64,000 bases of DNA from Marsupella aquatica (lineage: Eukaryota > Plantae > Marchantiophyta), in the NCBI GenBank assembly GCA_973895155.1, contig OZ316895.1:12283929-12347928 (forward strand). Reading direction: 5' to 3'. How positions within the stretch are numbered: position 1 is the stretch's first letter; every line of letters starts with the position of its first letter. Shown one piece after another: positions 1-12,163 of the stretch. Both the position numbers and the translations under genes were made by a program. A model generated the notes under the pieces. That model worked only from the letters and a program-made list of their open reading frames with translations, ran no database searches and was not told the DNA's origin.

Positions 1-134
1 TTCTACGGGGCTTGTTCTCGCGTATGTTTCTCGTCGCCAGTGGTTTGAAATCGAGTCACACGAACCATTCTTCCTCGATCTAGTAAAATCTTTTCAGCAA
101 GACTGATGAAACTTGTATTGTTTTGAATACACAG

Positions 135-634
135 GATTCCATGGGCAAAGTTCCATTCTTCTGGGGCACAGGAACTGATGGTGCCCTGGCATTTTCGGAC
201 GATCCGACAACCTTGAAAGGAACTACTGGCAAGACGTTCTCACCATTTCCTCTAGGTATGTTGCCACCTTCCAACCGTAGTGGTCGTGCTCGTTCAATAA
301 CGTCCCGCACTTGTTTGCACATGTTGGCGTGGTTGCTGGAATTTCTTCCTTAGCTTTTGATTTCGGAAGTACCATTCTCAGTTCCGGCTTTTCTCATTTC
401 GGATGTATCTATATGTTAGACTAATTGTTGCTCTCTGTTTGCGAAGGCTGTTACTTCTCCAGCTCCGAAGGTCTTGTTAGTTACGAACATCCGCTTCAGC
501 CTGTGACAGCAGTGCCTCGTATAGACAGTCAAGGGCAAGTTTGTGGAGCAACTTTCAAGGTAGAACCCATCAAGCCGGAGACGATACATGCGGACTCTTT
601 CCCAAGAGTGGGAAGTGAAACCTGGGGAAAATAG
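135..634 (+). CDS. 3' two exons of an aluminium-induced/Wali7/stem-specific TSJT1-like protein (DUF3700, Ntn-hydrolase-like); 5' part lies outside the window
   Basis: Exons 135-255 (cag|GATTCC...CTAG|gtatgt) and 447-634 (aag|GCTGT...TAG) join in phase 1 to give DSMGKVPFFWGTGTDGALAFSDD...KTFSPFPLGCYFSSSEGLVSYEHPLQPVTAVPRIDSQGQVCGATFKV...FPRVGSETWGK*. This matches the family C-terminus VPFFWG...APFPKGCFFT...SYEHP...PRVDSSGQVCGATFKV...PRVGS. Confidence 0.9.
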
Positions 635-917
635 ATGATTAGAAATTCCATCACCGGTGGACGACCGATATGGACTCGGGGACTGCGTAGTATATATGAC
701 AGTGAACCCAATGTAGCTAAACGCGTGAAAATCGAGATTGCAAAACACAATGTCCATTGTGAGCTGTTACAAATCCGAACTCTAGGATAGCATTCCACTT
801 TTCCTTGTACAAATACCGAAGATGCAAGGACGAGCACACACAAAATTAAGTTGCTTGTGCAAATGTAAAGATGATGACAGCCGGTGACACACATGGCAGT
901 TTTGTTAGTGAAACAGG

Positions 918-972
918 GTGCAATTTGCATCAAAGGGTACAATTTGCATCAAAGGGTACAATTTGCATCAAA
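918..972. repeat. 19-bp tandem repeat, about 3 copies
   Basis: g(t/ta)caatttgcatcaaagg repeated in tandem. Confidence 0.8.
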
Positions 973-1399
973 AAGTTCTCCTCTCACCGACAGTGAAGTC
1001 TTCTACCCCCTCGACAGTATTATCCTCTCAAAAAGAAATGGATAAGATTTTCCCGAGTGCGTTTGCGATAGTGAGAGAAGCACTAGAGAAAACAGCGGAA
1101 CTTCCCATCAATTGTTGGGGAAGGACAATCGATTCAGCCGTTAGAGCTGGCTCTTTGTGCTGGATCTCAATTGTACATAATAAAATCGAGCATGGCATTT
1201 TCAGTACCACCAAGAGTCAGAAGTATTGTTCAAGATGGACAGTCGAGGAAATTGTCGTCGACAGAATGATAGTACCGTAATCATTACTTTGAGACGTGAT
1301 TTTCAATCCTTGGCTTTGTTGATGCTCGTCCATCCCAAAGTTCTGTCCCTTGACAGTTGTCTGCTCTACTGACAATTCCAAATTACATTCAATTCCTTC

Positions 1400-1856
1400 A
1401 CACCCATCACCGTCTTCTCAACGTGATGCGAAACAGCCAAACAGGACTGCAGGACTTTTCTCTGGATTTAAAATGGAGGATTCCTTCATTCATTCACATC
1501 CATCACCGTCTTCTCAACCTGATGCGAAACAGGACTGCAGGACTTTTCTCTGGATTTAAAATGGAGGATTCATTCATCCACATCCATCAATATATTTTAT
1601 TCGTGATGTGCCAACAGTGTGACCAGTACACTTCAATTATGAGTTTATTAGTACTGTACTCGGAGAAACAAGCGATAGTTTAAAGAATCAACTTATGGGG
1701 AACTTTTCTCTGGATTTAAAATGGAGGGTTCATTCATTCACATCCATCAATATCTTTTATTTGTGATGCCAACAGTGGGACCGGTACACTTCAATTATGA
1801 ATATATTAGTACTGTACTCGGAGAAACAAGCGATAGTTTAAAAAATCAACTTATGC
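1400..1856. repeat. Nested local tandem duplications (about 95-bp unit x2, then about 160-bp unit x2)
   Basis: acttttctctggatttaaaatggagg occurs three times; tagtactgtactcggagaaacaagcgatagtttaaa occurs twice. Confidence 0.85.
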
Positions 1857-3182
1857 GGGTGTACTGCGTGTGGGGTGAGCAAAAGAGCCAAAACATTTCT
1901 TCTGATGGGAAGATTCCCTCCCATAAACTATGAGAACGGGAAGTTGATAATTGCAAACTCTGTACATTCCACTTGGAAAGCATATGAATAGCGTGAGGTA
2001 GGGCCAAACTTCCGTCTCCATACTGTTTTGCAAGAATTTGTGTGCCAAACTACCGTACTAAAGCTACCATTGTAAACGGGCCCCACCCCTATGCGCGACT
2101 ATTCATTTGGATAGGTGAGCATAAGGCTTCCCACTCACTTCCAAAAGGACCCTCCTACCCTCAAAATGTTTCTTTCCTGAAAACTATGAATTATTTGTCA
2201 ACCATGAATACAATTTAGGAGCTAATGAGATGTTGCTCGTGAAGAAATACTTCTACAACTATAATATCTAATGTCCCCATTTTTTGTTCTTTGTCCGCAT
2301 GCAAAAAATAGCTTTGGGTGGGAGTGATACACAACCAATAGATTGTTTAACACTTTTTGTGAATCGGTTGGATCACAAAATAAAGCCCCTAATGCACCCT
2401 CTTCCGTTGCTCACCTATTTTGCTCACAAACATGGATCTTGGCCTGAAGACAGATGGGCATGGAAGTACTCCTGCTTTCCGTGAGAAGGACAGTACCTTG
2501 TGGTCTGTCCTATCTCGAACCCTGTGCATGTACAATCCTTGGGTCCACTAGTTGCACCTATTCTTCTCAGACCCCTTTATTTTTAACTCCTCTCTTTTTC
2601 TACATTTTTTAATTAAAAAAATAACACATGGTGAAACTCCCAACAAGATGAGGTAACTAATATTCTTTTCTTTTGTGGCTTCTTATTTCCAATATTCCTA
2701 ACACCTTTTCTAAGATTTTTAAGTAACTAAAGAACATAGGGTGAAACTCCCCAACAACAAAAAGTAACTTACAGTTTTCTCTATTTTTTCTTCTGAACAT
2801 TCTCTAGGATTTTTTTTAATTTCTTAGAGAATAGGCCACATAACTAAAATTCCCCACACAAGGGGCAACCTGTACTTTTTCTTGTTTTTGAGGGGTGAGG
2901 GGTTTTTGTTATCTTGAGGAAGTAAGTATTTTCTAATGGCCTATGATTCTTTTCATCTTGGCTAGCAAATAGGGTATTATGGGTTGGTTATTTGTTTGTT
3001 GACTCTGGCCATCCCATGTTGAGTTTATTTTGGAGAGATATTAGGGGATTTGATATGGTTGGGGCTAATCATCCATAGTCCTCTCACTTTGCATTGGGTT
3101 GGTCCACTGTCCAATTGGTTCTCCCATTTCTTGGGCATTTTTATGGGAAGTTCATTTTATGTTTCCCTCCCCTGCCCCCTAT

Positions 3183-3937
3183 GGGTTTTTTGGAAGGTAC
3201 TCCATGCAGGGTTTTTTTTTCAATTTGCGTGCTTTGAAGTGGTCCATGAGTGATGGCCATTGTACAGCTTGCGAAGGGAACATTGAAACAATTAACCACA
3301 TGTTCCACGACTGCCCACGGTTGAGACCCCAATGGACTCAACTCGAATGCCTTGCTGTTGGCACCAGTCTGGATAAGGTTGACACTGCTATTCGGTCCCA
3401 GAAGCGCAATCTTGGCTTCCTCCTTCTCATCCATGAGATGCTTTTTAGCATTTGGACTGAGCGACGGCAACGCACATCTCATGCTAACACTACCATGCTC
3501 CGGTTGCACCTCATTCTGCAAGGAGCTGCTGTCCACATTCAAGCTACCCTTCAACAGACTAGCAGTGTGCACAAGGCTAGACGATTACATCATACTCTAC
3601 TTGAAATCACTGCTTTGATTGCTAGGGCTTCTAGTAGCAATTGAACTGATTTGCAGGGGTCTTTGTTGTTAGCCCCTCATTATTGCCAGTGCTGGGGTCA
3701 CCCTTACCATTGGGAAGTTAGTGCTTTCATTGCCTTTCTTTCATGTGGATTTGGTTTTGGTTTTAGCTTCCTCTTGGCTGTTCTGTCTGATGATGGCTTT
3801 GAGGACTGTTGGGGTGTTGGCATTTTGGCGTCGGTTGTGGTGTGTCCTGGCCCTTGGCTTGTATTGGGTTGTGGCCCACTGGTCTTTGCCGCGGTGGCCA
3901 TTTTAATAAATTGCCAAGTATTCCAAAAAACAAAAAA
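3183..3937 (+). mobile_element. 5'-truncated L1-type LINE: ORF2 C-terminal zf-RVT region, 3' UTR and A-rich tail
   Basis: FWKVLHAG, then a frameshift at a T-run, then HCTACEGNIETINHMFHDC (zf-RVT CCHC) and IWTERRQR (IWxERNxR-like). Ends aataaattgccaagtattccaaaaaacaaaaaa. Confidence 0.8.
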
Positions 3938-4699
3938 GGGTTATTTTACTTCCATGTTGATAGAATCTCTGCCTTTGCCACCACAACTTTTTTACCTTTA
4001 ATTTGTTTTGACAATCTTTTTTCATTTACAACATGGATCCAAATGGCAAGACTTGAATCTGAACACGGGGAATCACAATGACAATTTTTCAAAATGACAA
4101 CACTATTGTGTACCACCATTTTTACTTGACAAATATTTCCACACAACTCCTTTTCCTTTGAAAGTTATTTGTTGGACAAATATTTTATAATCTACCATTT
4201 AGCTACAACCGTCGTACTTAGTACTCTTGAAAACACTTCCTCTTTGATAACAGTTTCACTTTGTCAACAACATCGACCCAAAGGCAAGATTGAATCACAA
4301 CAACAACATTATGAAAGCAACAACTCTCCTTTGCAACATCACTTTTACTTGACAAAGATTTCACTAAGCAAATCTTTTGCTAAGTAAGTACTTTAATTAT
4401 TTGATGATACTATTTACTTACCATTCAATTGAACCCCAATTAATATTACTCACTACTGACTGCAACACTTTCTTCTTGAAAAGACTGTTGCTTTTAAATA
4501 TAAGTCTGAATTTAACTTATGATCATATTTTCTTTGCATAACCCGACATATTGTTTGTTTGCATAGAGCTTTTTCTGTCCTCGGTTGAGCCACACGATCT
4601 TTTTGAAATGGATATCTTTTACGCAATAATATCTTTATCGCAATGACTTCTTTTCTGCAACAACATCTTCTTTGCTATGCGAGGGTATTGAACACAACC

Positions 4700-5154
4700 A
4701 CATGACTACATCACTAGGATGATACATAATGTGCCTCAACAACTACCTTGCAAAGCCTATATTTTCATGCCTCGCCTTGATATATTTTTGTGCTTTGACA
4801 TCGTTTTTTCATCTAAACATCTTCTCTCTTCAACATCTTTTCTCTTCTTCACATTTTTTTTCTACTCGACTTTCATCGTTTTGTCACCTCAACATAGTCT
4901 TCTCATCTTGACATTGTTTTCTCACCATGACATCTTTATTTCAGCTCAACATCTTTTTCTCTCCTCGACATCTTTCCTTGACATCTTGTCCTCACCCTCA
5001 ACATCGATCATTTTCTTTCCTGGCCTTGAGATCTCATTCTCAACTCAACATCTTTTATCTCTTCAATATGTCTTCTCACCTCAACATTTTTCGTGACAGT
5101 GATATTTTTTTCTCCCTTTGACACCTTTTGTGCAACGCACAGGCATGGGGCTAG
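4700..5154 (+). mobile_element. Helitron 3' terminus preceded by degenerate pyrimidine-rich repeats; 5' end not located
   Basis: tgtgc-aac-gcaca hairpin at 5129-5141 followed by ggcatggggCTAG|t at 5151-5154, matching the plant Helitron end CCGTGCAACGCACGG...CTAG^T. Confidence 0.65.
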
Positions 5155-5330
5155 TGAACAATAACTTCTCCAATGCTCCTCCCTTATGGTGAATTGATGA
5201 GACCATTTTCTTCTATTAACCCAAATCCTCTCCTAGGGTGACTACCAAGATGACACTAACACGGGCACTAACACTAGATTCCACTAGATTGTTATTATTT
5301 GTGAATAGGACCTCAGGCTCAAGGTTACAG

Positions 5331-5795
5331 TGTTGGTTGAAAGATAGGGAGCTAAGATAGGGAGCTTGACAGGGAAAACTTGTATTGTAAATATTTGATA
5401 TGACCGCATGAGAGAGAACTAGACAGGGAAAGATAGGGAGAACTTGATAGCGAGAGTGAATATTTGATATGACGGAGAGAGAACTTGATAGGGAGAACTT
5501 GTATTGTAAATATTTGATATGACAAGTAATTTCATCTGAGAAAGATAGGGAGAACTTGATAGAGAGAAGTTGTATTGTAAATATTTGATATGACTGAGAG
5601 ACCCAGAGTGCAATAAAGTTTTTATATATTGTTATGGATGTAGTTTCATCTGAGACCAGAGTGCAACAAAGTTCTTATATATTCCAGTGGACGTAGTTTC
5701 ATATGAGGTGAAATATGAATTGATTCTCTTGTTTCAACTACTTGTTTGGTGGATAGTTGTGAACTTATCATTATGAATGTCATTTTTGTTCAACA
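5331..5795 (+). mobile_element. Probable copia-type solo LTR with internal tandem repeats
   Basis: Begins TGTTGG and ends TTCAACA. Contains repeated gatagggagaacttg and tattgtaaatatttgatatgac units, an aataaa, and gtggacgtag (a motif typical of Tnt1-like LTRs). No matching 5-bp TSD was found. Confidence 0.4.
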
Positions 5796-6159
5796 ATATA
5801 TCATCTGCATGGCTCAACTGGTGCAATATATCATCTATATGGCTCAGCTGGTGCCCCAACTTTCTTATGCCCTCAAAAGTGATGCACAAGGTTACAAGGG
5901 TTTGTTTTCCTGCAAAAGTAATTTTAAAACCATGTTTAGGGTAATTATTTGGATAATTGTCTTAGTGCTTGAGCCGATTAAGAGCATACATTATGCTAAA
6001 ATAAAATAGGGCAAAAAAACATAATTGTGGTTCACAATATAGCAATGTCATAAATTTCCCATGTAACTTTTTCACTCAACCTAATGCCTCAGAGCCTCAA
6101 TGCCCATTCTTTGAATATAAATAGAAATTATGACAAAAACATACATGTTCATCACCATG

Positions 6160-6886
6160 AGTTAAATCTACGTCAAGTTAATGCGCCCCCACTTTCCCGG
6201 GGCGCCGTACTCTGCCCATCCTAGTCCCCGATGCTGCTGCCCGCTCCGGCCTGAGTTTGCCAGAACATAAACCAATAGTCTAACATTTGGTCGCCCGATC
6301 CGGCCGAGGATCCGGCCCGATCAACTTTGTGCCATCGACTTTGGGTTTGTGTTTTGGCACCCATCACTTTTTAGGCTCCCCTTGAACACTTATTAGGCTT
6401 CCCTTGAACACTTAGACTCTATCATGAAATATGTATGACTCCATTGGAAAGAAGAGTTGCCAAAACATAAACCATGACTCCATCAAGAAGAAGCATTTGG
6501 CATTACATTAACCAAGACTCTATCAATCATGACTCTTAACCAAGTCGTAGGCTCCCTTGAACACTTAGACTCTGTTACAAAGCAAGTATGACTCTGTGGG
6601 AAAGAGTGTTGCCAGAACATAAATTAACCACGACTCCAGAACGAAGAAGTCGATGACACAAAGTCAATTGGGCTGGAGCATGCAACAAAAAGTGATAGGT
6701 GCCAAAACATAAACCCAAAGCCGACGACACAAAGTTGATCGGGCCGGAGCGGGCGACAAAATGTTGGAGTATTGGTTTATGTTCTGGCAACCTTGGGCCG
6801 GAGCGGGCAGCAACATGGGGAGTGGGACGGGCAGATTACGGCGCCTCGGGAAAGTCGGGGCGCATTGACTTGACCTAGATTTAACT
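6160..6886. mobile_element. Foldback/MULE-like non-autonomous element with about 210-bp imperfect terminal inverted repeats
   Basis: 6160-6372 is the approximate reverse complement of 6687-6886 (agttaaatcta...tagatttaact; ccgctccggcc/ggccggagcgg; ttgccagaacataaaccaata/tattggtttatgttctggcaa). No TSD is visible. Confidence 0.8.
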
Positions 6887-7395
6887 TGCAGTATCATTAT
6901 CATACCCATGAGTCACCCATCAGTCTTTCCATCCATGTGATGAGCCATAGAATTAAGGTCTATGGAATTCATTGTAGAAACCTAGGCCCAACTCTAGTTT
7001 GGGGTTTGCACTATAAAATACTATACAATGGACCTAAACACTGGCCATCATGGCCATACAAAGTTTTGGTTAGCATGCTTTCCCCACCATTCGATTTCAA
7101 AGTTTTCCCTGATCATTGGATCTCTCAAAATGGGCTTGCACCAATAGTGTGGATGCAATCATTTGCAGGTGGCCAAGAAGTGCACAGGGCCAGGGGATCG
7201 TATAGGTGGCCCCAGGGGCCAGGTCCAATTCACGATAGGGACACAACTACCTATTTATTCGTTTTAAAAGCACGTGTTACAGAGAGGGGAGGTGGCAGAT
7301 ACCATTTAGTGTGTTTTTAATCTTGTTTTTTAATACGATGCATTTAATTAAGCGAGGATTGTTGAGCATAGACGATGATCGCAACGGCAAGCCCA

Positions 7396-10300
7396 TGAAC
7401 TAAGCAATGCCTTGAGCTTAACAATCTCAGACCTATCCTTGGCTGCAATTAGCATGTCATCCACATACAGTACTAAAACAATGAACCCAAAGACAACATT
7501 CTTCACCGGTTTCAAATACACACAAGGGTCAAATACACTTATGTGAAAACCTTGTGACCGAATCCAATCGTCAAACCGCTTGTTCCACTGTCTTGGTGAC
7601 TGCTTCAACCCATACAAGAATTTCAGCAATCTGCAAACCAATTTCTCCTGTCCTCTCTTCACAAAACCTAGCGGTTGTCTCATGAAGATCACCTATTCCA
7701 ATGTGCCATAGAGGAAAGTTGTGACAACATCCATCTGATCTAGCAGCAGACTAAACATTACAACAAGTACACACAATAGTCATATTGTAGAGTACTTAGC
7801 AACTGGTGAGAAAATCTCATTGTAATCCACATCTTTCTCTTGTGTGAATCCCTTTGCTACCAACCTAGCCTTGTAGACCTTCGATCCACCTCCTATGGAA
7901 TTATCCTTCAGCTTGTAAATCCACTTGCTGTCCACCACTTGCTGACCCTTAGGCAGCTTAACAAGCTCCCAAGTTTTGTTGTCCTTTAGTGACTGCATCT
8001 CCGTTTGCATTGCTGCAGTCCACTTCTGCTTCTCCTTTGAAGCACTTGCCTCATGAAATGAAGAAGGTTCCCCTTCTTCCAAAATTAACGCATCACCCTC
8101 ATCATCAGCTGCAAAATCATCCTCTTGCAGTTGAGATGAATCAACCCACTGTCTATACCTTGGTGGAGCGCGTACAGTGCGACCAGATGCTCTTCTAGCC
8201 GATGACTCCGGTTGATCTGCGTGTGCTGGTACAATTTGAAGCTCAACAGCATCCACTTGCTGCTCACCAGCATCAACAAACTTCTCTGGTTCCTCTGGCA
8301 CAGGAACCAGCTCCATAATTGGAGCAACTCCTTCTCTCCGGTCATGCACCTCATAACCAATCTCCCCCTCAACGAGATCCGGGATAAGAGATTTTCCTTT
8401 GTCAGTACGGGAGACCTGAGTATTCTCCCTCTCCTTCAATAATCTGGATTCATTGAAGGAAACATCCCTACTGACAACGAGCTTACAGGCAATAGGATCC
8501 CATAGCCTATAGGCTTTCACACCACTCTGGTACCCAAGAAAAACACATTTCTTGGAGGTAGGATCCAACTTGGTCCTATTCTGCTTCGGTGTGAGAGCAT
8601 ATGTATCACTTCCAAAAACTACCAAGCCATGATAGTCTGCTTGCCGCTTATAGCGCAACTCAAACGGTGTTTTGAAATTGATAGCACTAGAAGGAGAAAG
8701 ATTTATCAAATAAGCTACGATATTAACAGCTTCTGCCCAAAATTCTTGTGGTAAACCTGATTGGCTCAACATACTCCGTGACCGCTCCAACAGTGTCCGA
8801 TTGAGCCTCTCAGCGACACCATTCTGCTGCAGAGTATAAACTGTGGTGAGATGGCGAGTTATCCCCTGTTCTGAACAGTACTCTTCAAATTCCATTGAAG
8901 TGTACTCCCCGCCGTTGTCTGACCTCAGACTCTTCACCCTTGTATCTAAACACTTGATCGTGTTTCCAGTCTGATTCTCCACCTGGGCCTTCCACTTCTT
9001 AAAAATGGACAAGACATCAGACTTATGCGTCATGAAATAAATTCATACAAATCTTGAGTAATCATTAATAAATGATATATAGTACAACTTTCCAGAGTGT
9101 GAGGGAGTCGAGGATGGACCCCACACGTCACTATGTATGTACTCAAGAACCGCTTTGGAACGATGAGTTCCAACACCAAAAGCACGACGATGCTACTTTC
9201 CAAGAATGCGATGCTCATAGAACTCTAATTTACAAGATTGCAAATCAGAAATGAGTCCATTCTTTCGTAAGATAGTCAAACCCTTCTCACTCATGTGGCC
9301 TAGCCGTGAATGCCACAGTTGAGTCATCTTCTCGTGAGACTTGGTTACATTGGCCTCTCCATATACAGTATTGCCTTGTAACACATACAAATTCTTTTGT
9401 CTACTCCCCTTCAAAATCACTGTCTCTCCCGACCTGACTTGAAGTTCACCATTAATAACGCTCCATTGATGACCAATTGAATCCAACACACCGAGTGAAA
9501 TCAGATTCTTACGCATGCCATGTACAGACCTGACTCCGGACACTGTGCGCACAGCGCCATCAAACATTTGAATCTTCACAAACCCAATTCCCTCAATTTG
9601 ACAGGAGTGATCATTTCCCATCAGAACTGAACCATTTGAAACAGAGTAAGAACTGAAAAACTCACGAATATAACAAATATGAAAAGAGCAAGCACAATCA
9701 AGAATCCACACATCATCTGCTCTCCTAGATGACGTGCACAGGGCATACCCCCGGCTTCATAAAACATGCTCATCATTGAGTAAATCAGCTTCTCCATCAG
9801 CCCTAGCCACATTTGCCGATGAAGTTTCCGCTGCCTTTCCCTTACAGTCTCGCTTGAAGTGTCCAACTTGGTTGCACTTCCAACATGTCACCTGCCTCCT
9901 CTGAGGGGATTTACCCTTGGACTTAGATCTGGATTTAGATCTAAACTGGGTTCTACGGTGCCCAGTTGGTTGTTGCATACTCCTCCCACGGTTAACATTG
10001 AGGGCAGCACCAGATGATGAAGGCTGTGACGTGATGTGCATCTTCTGCTGAAGATCATCACTAAGCAGAGAACTTATCACGTCATTGTATGAAATGGTAT
10101 CCCTATCACGATGCAACAACACTCGTGATAGGGACTGGTAAGATGAAGGCAATAAACTAAGAAGTTGTAGAGCCTTCGTCTCATCATTCAAAGTCTCCCC
10201 AAGGTTTTCCAAGTCAACGACCATGTCGTTGAAAGCATCCACATGGTCCTGCAACTTCGTACCGGATTCCTTCATCCTGAAACTCATCAGTTTGTAGGAA

Positions 10301-10797
10301 GTGTAGAGCCGGTTCGACAACTCCTTGCGGTGATACTTGCTCTACAATTTCGCAAACAAGGACATGCAATCCTTATGTGTACCCAACTGCTTGATGATGG
10401 GAGGCATGAGATAGAGTGTAACACACCACACTCCCTGCTCCTGCATGCGGTCCCATTGTTTCTCATCAACGTCGTATTCACGAGGGCTCAGCAGTTGGCC
10501 CATCCCTGACGCATAGAGCACTCCCTTCACTTGCTTCTCCCATAGCAAGTAGTCAGAGCGCCCATCATAGTTTGTCACTTCATACTTGGGTCCCCCAAGC
10601 TTGAAAGTCCCCATCTTCTTCTTTGGCACTACCGTGAGCTCTGGTAGTAGTACTGCTTCCTCCACCACACGCCGCACCGGTGATGGTATCGGTGTCACGT
10701 GCTCTTCCTCTTGCTCCTCTCTCTGCCCCTCAAACCGCCGCGGTGATCCTCGTGCTTCAAGTTCCACGTCTTCGAAAAACTCCTCCGAATCACTCAT
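7396..10797 (-). pseudogene. Copia gag-pol pseudogene (gag, Zn knuckle, protease, GAG-pre-integrase, integrase, RT truncated before RNase H)
   Basis: KYEVTNYDGRSDYLLW (Tnt1-like gag), CWKCNQVGHFKRDC, WILDCACSFH, LWHSRLGHMS, HSDVWGP...RSDNGGEY...QQNGVAERLNRTL, YKARLVAKGF, LYGLKQSPRQW, YVDDMLI. In-frame stops at about 10342, 9193, 9044, 7780 and 7694, a frameshift near 9750, and RT ending abruptly at ...ALLSS (7396). Confidence 0.92.
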
Positions 10798-12056
10798 ATG
10801 AGAAAATCACAAAAAATGTCGTTTTTCACAATTTCTCAAAAAACTCAAAACTCAACACCGCCGCGTAGCCCACAAAGCTAGGAGTCCAATACTGAAAAAC
10901 TGAAATCAAAATCAAAATTTGACGGAAAAATTATTCAAATTTCGGTCGAGGTGGGTAAAACCTTGGGAAACTCCCCCGTTTTCACCACCTCAGGGAATAA
11001 CCAAAATACCAAGTACAACCCGTCGTCGGAATTGCAATGTGATTGGTGCGCCGCGTTGCCAACTTCAATGGCTACGACCTCGCCGAAAAAGAACCAAAAA
11101 AGTTACCGTTCGGCGGAAAAAATCTTTGTCGGACGGTCAAAAAATAGCTCTCTAGTTTTTTGGAATATTCTATGACCCTTGTACAGGCTCTGTGGGAATT
11201 TTGGAAGAAAAATCGAGGGGTTGACACGTGTCCTCGAACCCCCAAAACCCCCTACCACCCTTCGTCGTCAAAATCTGGTCGCGCGCGCAGAAAATATACA
11301 CGGCAGAATGTACCCCTCGACACCAAACGCAAGATATCTTACTCGGGATTTGACGAAATCAAGATCTGATTTCAGGTTTGGAAATTAGACTCCGAGGTGG
11401 TGAAGATCAATATAAGAAGCACCCAAAACGAGGAAATAACAAGGGAGAAAAAAATTGGTAAAGATGACAGATTTCTCTCAATTGCCATAGCCAATTTCGA
11501 ATCATTTTTTCAAAGAGAAAAAATGGTACCTTGTCAACAACGAATGTTGATCAATTGCACTTGGTGCCGTCACCAAGTCCAACAGCGTAATTGATTTTGC
11601 TTAGCCTTCCTCTTTGCATCAAAGAGCCAATCCCGGACTCAAAACAATCGTCTTGTTCTGCCGGTTTACTGGTAATAGGAATATCTGCGAAAACTCTTAC
11701 CCATATTTTAGAATTTCTTCGAAATTTTCTGCCTCAATCTCTCCGTTGAGTCAAAACACTTGACGCTTCTCCCTCCGAGTCGATTGCCACGACAAGAAAC
11801 CCCGATCAGGCAAAAGAGGACTCCATAGCCGGTCAGAAAATCAGAATGTTTCTTTTGCTCGTCCCGTCGCACACGGTACTCACTTGGTAACAAATCAGTT
11901 ACCAAAACAAACAGCTCATCCCGATCTACAAGCAGAGCTACAGCATGCGATGCCTCCTTCGCCGTAGAGCTCACACCGTCGAGAAAACAAACTCTGGTCC
12001 CTCCTCCGAAAAACCGTCGAACACGAACGTGCCTCTTATGATATAGTGTGCAACTT

Positions 12057-12163
12057 AGTTGTACCTAACCACATAGTTGTACCTAATCACGTAGTTGTAC
12101 CTAACCACGTAGTTGTACCTAACCACGTAGTTGTACCAACCCACGTTGTTGTACCAACCACGT
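12057..12163. repeat. 18-bp tandem array (6 units) in the LTR U3 region
   Basis: Units agttgtacctaaccacgt starting at 12057, 12075, 12093, 12111, 12129 and 12147. Confidence 0.92.

Noticed and set aside
1-30. Possible upstream exon end of the DUF3700 gene (cgc|gtatgt)
   Set aside because: Translation in the required phase does not resemble the family sequence, and it is too short to judge at the window edge.
918-1280. 120-aa ORF containing FAIVREA (SecA-like word)
   Set aside because: Starts within a tandem repeat downstream of the DUF3700 gene, has no other SecA motifs and no splice support; chance match.
12057-12163. CRISPR-like or other spacer-containing array (also considered for 27843-28125)
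   Set aside because: Units are contiguous with no unique spacers and the context is eukaryotic; these are plain tandem repeats.
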